Positions 49,336-57,074 of a DNA stretch of 64,000 bases are shown here, in pieces. Location of the stretch: the NCBI GenBank assembly GCA_029247365.1, contig JAQWLJ010000011.1, positions 82,890 to 146,889 of the forward strand, read 5' to 3'. Each line of letters starts with the position of its first letter. Positions within the stretch are counted from its first letter, which is position 1. The stretch is from Acidimicrobiales bacterium. Lineage in GTDB: Bacteria > Actinomycetota > Acidimicrobiia > Acidimicrobiales > Aldehydirespiratoraceae. The notes beneath the pieces were generated by a model, which saw only the letters and a program-made list of their open reading frames with translations, was not told the origin of the DNA and ran no database searches. Both the position numbers and the translations under genes were made by a program.

Positions 49336-50409
49336 ATGGCGACCTCCTTCCAAGTCAACCGATCGTCCATCCGTGACACCCAGTTCGTCGGCCGCGATGG
49401 GCGCGACCTCTTGGCCGGCGAGGTGCGCTTCTCGATCGATCACTTCGCACTGACGTCGAACAACGTCACGTACGCGGTCGCTGGTGACATGCTCGACTAC
49501 TGGGGGTTCTTCCCCATCGATGAACCGTGGGGCCACGTGCCGGTGATGGGCTACGGCGAGATCATCGAGTCGGCCAACCCCGACATTGCACAAGGGATGC
49601 GCTGCTTTGGCTTCTTCCCGATGGCCGACGAGCACGTTCTCCTCGCAGAGGCAACCGATGCTGGCCTGCTCGACATCGGCCCCCACCGGGTCAATCACGC
49701 GCCTGTCTACCGCCAGTTCGCAAACGTCGCCAAGGACCCGGCGCACGACCCCAACCGGGAAGCGCACGTGGCACTGCTTCGGGGCCTGTTCATGACCGGC
49801 TGGCTGGCTGAGGACCTCCTGTTCGACAACGACAACTTCGGCGCCGAAGCCACCATCATCACAAGCGCCTCATCGAAAACAAGCATTGCCACGGGCTGGA
49901 CGGTGCAACAGCGAGGCGGCTTGAGCGTCGGCCTGACGTCGGAACGCAACCGCGAGTTCGTTGAGGGGCTCGGTTGCTACTCCGAGGTCATCACCTACGA
50001 AAACATCGCTTCGATCGACAATGCTCGTCGCTCCGTCGTGATCGACATGGCCGGAAACGGTCACCTGCTCGCTGACGTGCACAACCATTTCGGTGGCGAG
50101 TTGGCCTACTCGATGGCGATCGGTGGCAGCCACTGGGAGTCATTCGGCGACCGGCCCGAGATGGCGGGCCCAACACCCACGTTCTTCTTCGCACCGGGCC
50201 AGATCGAGAAGCGCAACACCGACTGGGGTTCGGGCGAACCGATGCGCCGCGTGGCAAAAGCGTTCGCTGCCTACATGCAGTTCACCGACCAATGGCTCGA
50301 CATCGAGACAGCAGACGGCCCGGACGCACTCACCGACGCGTGGACTGGCTTGGTCGACGGCACCATCGCGCCGGCCACCGGCCTCATGCGATCGTTGACG
50401 AGGGGCTGA
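49336..50409 (+). CDS. DUF2855 family protein (MDR-like fold, function unknown)
   Basis: 357 aa. HFALTSNNVTYAVAGDMLDYWGFFP...WGHVPVMGYGEIIES matches my recollection of the DUF2855 signature. Confidence 0.6.
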   Translation: MATSFQVNRSSIRDTQFVGRDGRDLLAGEVRFSIDHFALTSNNVTYAVAGDMLDYWGFFPIDEPWGHVPVMGYGEIIESANPDIAQGMRCFGFFPMADEHVLLAEATDAGLLDIGPHRVNHAPVYRQFANVAKDPAHDPNREAHVALLRGLFMTGWLAEDLLFDNDNFGAEATIITSASSKTSIATGWTVQQRGGLSVGLTSERNREFVEGLGCYSEVITYENIASIDNARRSVVIDMAGNGHLLADVHNHFGGELAYSMAIGGSHWESFGDRPEMAGPTPTFFFAPGQIEKRNTDWGSGEPMRRVAKAFAAYMQFTDQWLDIETADGPDALTDAWTGLVDGTIAPATGLMRSLTRG

Positions 50410-50434
50410 CTGGCCCGGTCTAGGATCCCGGCTC

Positions 50435-51004
50435 ATGGAAACCATGCCGGTTCTGGAGCAGTTGACTGCACGGTGCAAGCAGGCGGTCGCCGGCGACCGG
50501 GCCCGCGAGGACATCAGCGCGGTCATGAACGCGCTGTTCGAAGATCCCGCCACGCTCGCCGCAACGATCCCTCGGTTCCGCGACGATGAGGTCGCGACAA
50601 GTCCCCGAGGATTCCGGCTCGGTGGTGAGCACATCTGCTACCAGTCGTCCGACTTGACTGTGATGGTGCTCGACACGCTGCCCGGCGTGCTCCAGCCGCC
50701 CCACGATCACAACATGGTTGCATTGATTGGCGTGTTCGAAGGCTGCGAGGAGCAACGCTTCTGGGCGCGGGCGGAGGGGGGCATCACGCCCGCGGCTGGC
50801 CGCATGCTCGAGGCGGGCGAAGTGGTCGTCCTCGGCGAGCGAGCGATTCATGCGATCAGTGCACCAGCTCACACCCCTGCCCGTGCGATTCACGTGTACC
50901 TGGGCAACATCGATGGCGTCGACCGGTCGGTCTTTGACCCCGACACGCTCGAGGAGCACCCGATGAGCAGCGAGCGCTACGACGGGTACTGTCGCCCGGC
51001 CTAG
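50435..51004 (+). CDS. cupin, cysteine-dioxygenase-like (COG5553-type metal-dependent DSBH protein)
   Basis: 189 aa with LQPPHDHNMVALIGVFEGCE...AIHAI, the cupin His ligands. Confidence 0.5.
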   Translation: METMPVLEQLTARCKQAVAGDRAREDISAVMNALFEDPATLAATIPRFRDDEVATSPRGFRLGGEHICYQSSDLTVMVLDTLPGVLQPPHDHNMVALIGVFEGCEEQRFWARAEGGITPAAGRMLEAGEVVVLGERAIHAISAPAHTPARAIHVYLGNIDGVDRSVFDPDTLEEHPMSSERYDGYCRPA

Positions 51005-51756
51005 GGCAACCACGAAGGCACTCGGTCCACCGGCTCGATCTGGCCACACAGCGCGCTGATCGCGGCCATGAGTTCATCGGTGACCGCACGCTTGTTGCTG
51101 GCGGTCGGCTGCCCAGTACCGAGGGCGCCGAGATCGATCGGTGCACCGATACGGACCTGTACGGAGGCATGCCGGTAGGGCAGTTTGTGATCGACAGGGA
51201 GGGCCACATCGCTTCCGATGATCCCGACAGGAATGAGTGGAGCACCCGACCGGAGTGCGAGATGGGCGGCGCCAAGATGGCCTTCAAGGAGACGACCGGT
51301 GCGGCTGCGAGTGCCTTCCGGAAAGATCCCAATCACGTGGCCTGCGCCGAGTCGGTCCAACGCGAGGCGAAGGCTTTGCCCGATGCCTCGCCCGCTCCGG
51401 TCTATTGGGATCATGCCGGCGCGAGGAAACACATAACGGGTCACGCGGTTGGTCATGTACTTGGCCTTGCCGAGGAGGGTGACGGGACGGCGAAGGTCGG
51501 TCATCAGTAAGGGCGAGTCGAGGAACGAACGATGGTTCGCAGCAACGATGGCCGGGCCGTCGACCGCTATGTTCTCCGCTCCGTCGATGCCGATGTCGAG
51601 CCATCAGTGTGTGAGCACTGGGGTGATGAGCCGAAGTGGTCGCTGCCAGGCCCCCACGGCTGCCGGGTCGGCCTCGGTGAGGAGTTCAGAGGCGATCGCC
51701 TGACGCTCACCACCGAGGCCTGAACGGGGGGTGTCGAGGTCGGTGGTGAGCGTCAT
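51001..51756 (-). pseudogene. PlsC-type lysophospholipid acyltransferase interrupted by an in-frame TGA
   Basis: My translation from ATG 51756 reads MTLTTDLDTPRSGLGGERQAIASELLTEADPAAVGAWQRPLRLITPVLTH-TGA(51606..51604)-WLDIGIDGAENIAVDGPAIVAANHRSFLDSPLLMTDLRR... This continues in-frame into track ORF 51001..51504. The catalytic NHRSFLD (HX4D) box lies between the stop and the first possible restart codon. The FPEGTRS box lies downstream. Confidence 0.6.
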
Positions 51757-51865
51757 GCGTTGCACGGTACGAATCGCTTACGAACGGCCCGTGTAGCACT
51801 CGTGAACCTCGTGTTACGCGAGGGCGTTTTATCGTCAAATGCCGTTCAGCTGCACATGTGTCGGG

Positions 51866-52561
51866 TCACGAGAGCTGAACGATCGCTTCGTGCTCGACTG
51901 CAACGACAAGTTCATCACTCACCGTCATGCGCATGTCCACGACCGCACGCTCACCCGCTCGCGTGGTGAACCGGTCAATCTCCCACGACTCGATCACCAC
52001 GGTGTCGCCCGGCCTGACCACACCAAGATGCCGAATACGACTGCGGGTGTGAACCCACGGACCGTCAACGAGTTGCCGCGTGAACACTCGGTTACCCAGG
52101 GACGGCCACACGACCGGATGTACGAGGTTCTCGTTGCGGTAGAGACCGAGATCTTCACCGCAGCGGCCGGCGTAGCCAGCCCACGAATCGGTTATCACCT
52201 CGACGAGGGGTTCCAGCCGGTCACCGTCGGGGTCAGGCGGCGCCGCCGAGACCCGCTCTGGCACCAGGACGGCGCAGGCTCGGCCATCGACCGAGGCCGT
52301 CACTTCGTTCTCGTCGCCACCTATGACCACGAGCTCATCGGCCAGAACCGGACCACGAAACCGGACCTCGTGACCGCCACCGGTCACCCAGTCGGTACCC
52401 CATGCCTCAGCGACGGGTCGGGTGGCGTAGGCAAAGATCGTCGTTCCAGCGACGACAGCACCTGCGTAGCCCGCGGCGAGTCCACCCTCGACGGCATGCA
52501 CCGGGTTATCGGAGTGTTCTTCGAGGTTGACGGCATTGATCGACCAGTCCGGAAACAACAT
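51866..52561 (-). CDS. MaoC-like / hotdog-fold dehydratase family protein
   Basis: ORF 51866..52630; start MLFPDW (52561) preferred. It has double hotdog-like halves (NPVHAVEGGLAAGYAGAVVAG... and ...VHTRSRIRHLGVVRPGDTV). Confidence 0.55.
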   Translation of the reverse strand: MLFPDWSINAVNLEEHSDNPVHAVEGGLAAGYAGAVVAGTTIFAYATRPVAEAWGTDWVTGGGHEVRFRGPVLADELVVIGGDENEVTASVDGRACAVLVPERVSAAPPDPDGDRLEPLVEVITDSWAGYAGRCGEDLGLYRNENLVHPVVWPSLGNRVFTRQLVDGPWVHTRSRIRHLGVVRPGDTVVIESWEIDRFTTRAGERAVVDMRMTVSDELVVAVEHEAIVQLS

Positions 52562-52689
52562 CGCAACATCTTGTCCCAGGCGAGCGGGCAAGGACCGAAC
52601 TCCCTTCGACCACGAGCACACCGTCTCCACCGGACCGAGCCGAAGACTTTTTCGCCACGCTCCCCAACAGACGCCGTAGCCTCCGACGG

Positions 52690-53391
52690 GTGAGCGACTT
52701 CTCCTTCGACTGGCGAGCGTTCTCTACCGGGGCACGAGACATCATTGCGCTCGGATTCCCCGGCATTCCGGTGGGCATGGTGATCGGTGTCGTGATCACC
52801 GAGTCGGGCATCGGTGACCTTGCCGGCTGGGTTGGATCGTGGGTCATCCTTGCTGGGGCCGCGAACCTCGCAATGCTCGAGTTGATGGCCGAACAAACCA
52901 GCGCGGCGGTCGTTCTGCTCACCGTGGCATTCATCAACTCTCGCCACGCGATGTACTCCGCTGCACTCCGGCCGAGATTTGCCGGCTTCCCGCGTTGGTT
53001 CCGCTTCGTGGGGCCCTACTTCCTGATCGACCAGGTCTTCGCGCTCGCCGCCTCACAGCCCGTCGACATGCCGGACCGTGAGCGGATGTGGAACTACTTC
53101 GGCTCGGCGATCACCCTCTGGGTGCTGTGGGTCGCGTCGGTCACCGCCGGCCTCTTCCTGGGCGACATCATCGATCCTGACTGGCAGCTGACCTTTGCCG
53201 TTCCCCTGCTCTTCGCCGGGCTGATGCTGCTGAGCATCACCAACCGTCCGGGCATCGTTGCCGCCGCGGTTGGCGGTGGTGTCGCCCTGCTTACCGCCGG
53301 CTTTCCCCAAGGCTCCGGCGTACTCATTGCGATCATTGCTGGGGTGAGTGCCAGCACCCTCGCCGAGACTCGGTTGGGAGCAGCCTCGTGA
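52690..53391 (+). CDS. azlC: AzlC family branched-chain amino acid export permease
   Basis: 233 aa and hydrophobic. GAANLAMLEL...FINSRHAMYSAAL is typical of AzlC. GTG start. Confidence 0.75.
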   Translation: MSDFSFDWRAFSTGARDIIALGFPGIPVGMVIGVVITESGIGDLAGWVGSWVILAGAANLAMLELMAEQTSAAVVLLTVAFINSRHAMYSAALRPRFAGFPRWFRFVGPYFLIDQVFALAASQPVDMPDRERMWNYFGSAITLWVLWVASVTAGLFLGDIIDPDWQLTFAVPLLFAGLMLLSITNRPGIVAAAVGGGVALLTAGFPQGSGVLIAIIAGVSASTLAETRLGAAS

Positions 53392-53702
53392 GCGTCTGGG
53401 CAACCGTCCTCGCCGCCGGCATCATCACGTACCTCAGTCGCGCGTCGTTCATCACCGCCGGCGACCGGATCACGTTGCCGCCAACCGTTGAGCGCTCGCT
53501 CCGCTACGTCGCCCCTGCGTCGTTTGCAGCGATCGCCATACCGGCGACCCTCAACGGTGATCGGTTCGCAAATTTCGGCGATGACTGGCCGCGCGTCATC
53601 GCCGTGGTCGTCGCCTCGGTGGTCATCGTGCGGTGGCGCAACGTTCCCGCCAGCCTGCTGATCGGGATGGCCACCCTCTGGCTGATCCTCGGCGTCAGCT
53701 GA
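53388..53702 (+). CDS. azlD: AzlD family small membrane protein
   Basis: 104 aa. GTGA overlap with azlC. The sequence begins MSVWATVLAAGIITYLSRASF. Confidence 0.7.
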   Translation: MSVWATVLAAGIITYLSRASFITAGDRITLPPTVERSLRYVAPASFAAIAIPATLNGDRFANFGDDWPRVIAVVVASVVIVRWRNVPASLLIGMATLWLILGVS

Positions 53703-54180
53703 ACCCGTTGGTGGAGAGGTTGAGGCCCTCAATCCCAGTCCTTGGGTGCATCTCCTCGTAGGTGCGGGTGTAGCCGGTGTGGCTGAGCTTCCAACCGTCA
53801 TCGGTCTTCACGTAACGATCCTCGTAGAACGCTGCGCCACGGAGGTTCACACCGAAATCGGTGATGATCACCTGATCTTCGAGCTTCCAGATGCCCGTGG
53901 CAGTGCCATCGTCGAACACATCGATCTCGGGATGGTGGCAGGCGTGACTCGACAGGAACTCGGGCCGCCCCATGTTCTTGTGGAGGAAAGCGATGATCCC
54001 GGCGAGGTCATCGAAGCTGTAAGTGCCGTCGGAGTACGCGGCGGTGCAGTTGTCGGTCATTACCGTGTGGAGGTCGTCGAAGCGGTGCTGATCGACCAGC
54101 CGCAGGTAGGCGTACTTGCAGCGCTTGATGAGCTCCATCTCGACGAGGAGTTCGGGCGTGACGGACAGGGGCTCGCTCAT
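53695..54180 (-). CDS. NTF2-like / SnoaL_4 family protein
   Basis: 161 aa. ELIKRCKYAYLRLVDQHRFDDL...YEDRYVKTDDGWKLSH is typical of the nuclear-transport-factor-2 fold. GGGGGA lies upstream of the ATG. Confidence 0.7.
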   Translation of the reverse strand: MSEPLSVTPELLVEMELIKRCKYAYLRLVDQHRFDDLHTVMTDNCTAAYSDGTYSFDDLAGIIAFLHKNMGRPEFLSSHACHHPEIDVFDDGTATGIWKLEDQVIITDFGVNLRGAAFYEDRYVKTDDGWKLSHTGYTRTYEEMHPRTGIEGLNLSTNGFS

Positions 54181-54194
54181 TCCCCCATGCTTGC

Positions 54195-55382
54195 CTACGC
54201 CGTCAATGGAAGCGATTCGTAGCGGCGCACAAAACTTCCCGGGGCAAAGCGCCCGGCCGCTGCGTCGACGACAAAGGAGGGAAATCGCTCGAGTAACCGA
54301 CCGAGCACAACGCGGGCCTGGAGCCGCGCCGCTGACGCCCCCAGACAGTGGTGTGCGCCGTAGCCAAGGCTCAACATCTTGTCGATGGCGCGCCCGACGT
54401 CGAGATCGCCAGCACGGGCACCAAATTCCCGCTCGTCTCGGTTGGCCGAGCCGTACAGCAGCAAAACCTTGTTGCCCTCAGGAACCGTTTGGCCGTGGAG
54501 CTCAACCTCGGTGGTCGTGGTGCGGGCCAGGTTCTGCACCGGTGAGGTGAGTCGCAGAAGCTCTTCGACTGCGTCCTCGATCCGTGTTGGGTCATCGAGC
54601 AGTCGCTGCCGTTCGTCACGGCGTTCGGTCAGTAGCTCAGCCGACCCACCGAGCATGCCGGTCATCGTGTCGTTTCCGCCGGTGACCATCGTGAAAACGA
54701 ATCCGACGATCCAACCAGCGGACACGACGCCCTCGCCCACTGCGATCAGATCGGTCACGAGGTCCTCCCCCGGTTCGATCTTCTTCATTTCCAGAAGCTC
54801 GGTCGCGTAGGTGAAAAGTTCGAGCGCCGCGTCCATCGCTGTCTCAATCCTGCCGGCAGCGTTCGCGGCAACGATGGCGTTGGTCCAACGGTCGAAATTG
54901 TCGCGGTCGGCGGTTGGCACACCGAGATAGTGCGCAACGACGAACGACGGCAACGGCTTGAACAAGGTGCCAACGATGTCGATCGGTTGCCCGCCCGCGT
55001 CGGCGATGTGGTCGAGACGAGCGTCGACAAACTCGCGCACAGCGGCCTCGATGTACCCCACGCGGCGGGGCGTCATCTGCTTGCCTACCAACCGACGCAT
55101 TGCGGTGTGGTCGGGCGGGTCCATCATCACAATCGGCTGCTGGCCCTCCTCGAACATCGCCATGGCATCGGCGTTCGGTGTGAGCCCCTGCGCTGATGAG
55201 AACGTGGCGGTGTCGCGCACTGCGGTGAACACGTCGGCGAACCGCGACAGCACCCAGAAGTCGACGTTGTCACCCTCAGCCGGCACGAAGTGCACAGGCG
55301 AGTCATCACGAAGAGTTCGGTAGTCCTCCCACGGTGACCGCCAGGTCTCGCCACTGCGAAGAAAAAAGCTGCCGCTCGCCAT
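54195..55382 (-). CDS. cytochrome P450
   Basis: 395 aa with the EELLR (ExxR) motif and heme loop LSLGYGAHHCLGASAARLQ. Confidence 0.9.
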   Translation of the reverse strand: MASGSFFLRSGETWRSPWEDYRTLRDDSPVHFVPAEGDNVDFWVLSRFADVFTAVRDTATFSSAQGLTPNADAMAMFEEGQQPIVMMDPPDHTAMRRLVGKQMTPRRVGYIEAAVREFVDARLDHIADAGGQPIDIVGTLFKPLPSFVVAHYLGVPTADRDNFDRWTNAIVAANAAGRIETAMDAALELFTYATELLEMKKIEPGEDLVTDLIAVGEGVVSAGWIVGFVFTMVTGGNDTMTGMLGGSAELLTERRDERQRLLDDPTRIEDAVEELLRLTSPVQNLARTTTTEVELHGQTVPEGNKVLLLYGSANRDEREFGARAGDLDVGRAIDKMLSLGYGAHHCLGASAARLQARVVLGRLLERFPSFVVDAAAGRFAPGSFVRRYESLPLTA

Positions 55383-55448
55383 AGGCGAAGCATTTCATCT
55401 CTGCGAAACCCCTTGGTCAATGCATCGCTGCACCAAAGGCGAGCGACG

Positions 55449-55925
55449 TCAGTCCAAGAGGCCGCTGAGTTGCTCGCTGATCTCCTCAGGCGAGACCGTT
55501 GGGCCGAATCGCTGCACGACCTCGCCGCTGGCGTTCACCAGAAACTTCTCGAAATTCCAGGCCACATCGGACGTCTCCCCGGTGCCGGGCTGCTCGGCCT
55601 TGAGCCACGTGTAGAGATCGGCTGCGCCGTCACCGTTGACATCAATCTTGGCGAACATTGGGAAGTCGACATCGAAATTCTCCGCGACGAAGGCCCGGAT
55701 CTCTCCGGCCGTTCCCGGCTCCTGGCCGCCGAACTGGTTGCACGGGAAAGCCAGAACCTGGACCCCGTTCTCGTCATGATGAAGCGCACGCAGACCTGCG
55801 TACTGAGGCGTGAGGCCTCAAGCGGATGCGACGTTGACGACGAGGCAGGCCGAGTCAGCGAAATCCGAGAACGAGACCTGCTCACCATCAAGCGACGCCA
55901 TTTCGAACTCATGGAAACGGCTCAT
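55449..55925 (-). CDS. glutathione peroxidase, selenocysteine-containing (TGA at 55820..55818 decoded as Sec)
   Basis: My minus-strand translation from ATG 55925 reads MSRFHEFEMASLDGEQVSFSDFADSACLVVNVASA-TGA-GLTPQYAGLRALHHDENGVQVLAFPCNQFGGQEPG... This is in the same frame as track ORF 55449..55658 (...WNFEKFLV...). The TGA sits exactly where Cys-GPx proteins (e.g. E. coli BtuE, VNVASKCGLTPQY) have the catalytic Cys. A SECIS-like hairpin follows. Confidence 0.85.
55786..55803 (-). other. bacterial SECIS-like hairpin GUACGCA-GGUC-UGCGUGC
   Basis: 7-bp stem with a GGUC apical loop, starting 15 nt (5 codons) after the UGA. Its core GCAGGUCUGC is identical to the core of the E. coli fdhF SECIS as I recall it (GGUUGCAGGUCUGCACC). 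Confidence 0.6.
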
Positions 55926-55961
55926 ACGGCAACAGGGTAGCGGCCTGCGCGGACTGCCAGG

Positions 55962-57074
55962 TCAGGCCTTGGTCCGCTTCTCCGACCAGTGCGATAACGC
56001 TCCAGTTACCTGGAAGCGTTCAGGACGCTGCTCCGCAACGAGTGCCTCGGTAGCGAGCCACAGTCGCTTGAGCCACCGCACCCGACCACTGTCGGGGTCG
56101 TCCTCGTAGGTCCGGCGGCCGTGCAACACGTGATAGTTGTTGACGAACTGCATGTCGCCGGACTCGAAACGCATCTGCACCCAATGCTCGGGATCATCGA
56201 CCAGCGTCGAGTACGCCTTCATCGCCGTCTTCTGCATGTCGGTCAGGCGCGGCGTCGTTTCGTGACGCTGTGACGCCAGCACGAACTGCGGGATGTAGCG
56301 GATGAAAAGTCGATCGCCGTGCCGGGTGAACGCGGGAATGTGGTAGCAGGGCTTGCCCCCCTCGGGCTGCTCACCGCGGTAGTCGTAGGGCAGGCCCTCG
56401 TAGAGCGCCGCCGCAAGCTCAGGGTCTGACTCGGCCAGCAGGTTGTGGCAGAGCAACGCGTTGGAGATCAGGCTCTCGCCGCCCGAAATACCGGGGTCGA
56501 GGCACAACAAGCCCACGAGATCGGAGCCGTCGGAATGGAACCCGAGCGCCGCGCCACCCATCTCGTAACCCCGGATGTTCGGATCATCAGGCGCCTTGCC
56601 GCCGTCCTTGACATCACCCAACACGTGGCCGAGCGCGTTTTGAGCCCAAGGGACGCCAAGGTGCATACCGATACCCCAGTAAATCCACGACGCATCGTCG
56701 AACCCGAGGCGGTCGACCGGCAGACCCGAGATGCGGTGAAAGCCACGGCCATTGATCAACTCGTCGGTCATGTCGGCAAGGACCTTGGACAGCGTCGGCA
56801 GTGGGAAGTGCTCCTTGTCCACGTCGAGCACCTCGTTGGTGTGGGCACGGGCAACACCGAGAGCCACCTCAAGTTCAGCGATCTCGGGGTTGGTCAGGTG
56901 GTGGGTCCACACCGAAGGGTCGCTCACATCGGCGGCGCGCCACTCGGCGTGTCGTTCGAGCGGCCCGACTGTTTCAGACAACGCTTTTTCGGCAATATCA
57001 GGTTCCTCCGCTCGTCGGGGCGGCTTGGGGGCCGCGAATGAGCTGACCAGGTAACTCCCCAGTTGCTTCGCCAT
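55962..57074 (-). CDS. TauD/TfdA (clavaminate-synthase-like) Fe(II)/2OG dioxygenase
   Basis: The track ORF is 55962..57185. Features are LINGRGFHRISGLP, GFHSDGSD (H-x-D) and VLHGRR. Start is uncertain: ATG 57074 overlaps the upstream gene by 77 nt, and the alternative is a rare ATT after GGAGGA at about 56995. Confidence 0.7.
   Translation of the reverse strand: MAKQLGSYLVSSFAAPKPPRRAEEPDIAEKALSETVGPLERHAEWRAADVSDPSVWTHHLTNPEIAELEVALGVARAHTNEVLDVDKEHFPLPTLSKVLADMTDELINGRGFHRISGLPVDRLGFDDASWIYWGIGMHLGVPWAQNALGHVLGDVKDGGKAPDDPNIRGYEMGGAALGFHSDGSDLVGLLCLDPGISGGESLISNALLCHNLLAESDPELAAALYEGLPYDYRGEQPEGGKPCYHIPAFTRHGDRLFIRYIPQFVLASQRHETTPRLTDMQKTAMKAYSTLVDDPEHWVQMRFESGDMQFVNNYHVLHGRRTYEDDPDSGRVRWLKRLWLATEALVAEQRPERFQVTGALSHWSEKRTKA

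Noticed and set aside
51604-51606. Reading the in-frame TGA of the PlsC-type gene as a second selenocysteine codon.
   Set aside because: I could find no GGUC-loop or SECIS-like hairpin within about 40 nt downstream. The position is in a non-catalytic, non-redox N-terminal segment. A nonsense mutation or sequencing error is more parsimonious.
51807-51832. A plus-strand terminator-like hairpin (CCTCG-tgttacg-CGAGG followed by GCGTTTTAT) suggesting an unannotated plus-strand sRNA.
   Set aside because: The stem is only 5 bp, and I see no plus-strand gene or promoter upstream. Both flanking genes are on the minus strand, where the element lacks a U-tract. The evidence is insufficient.
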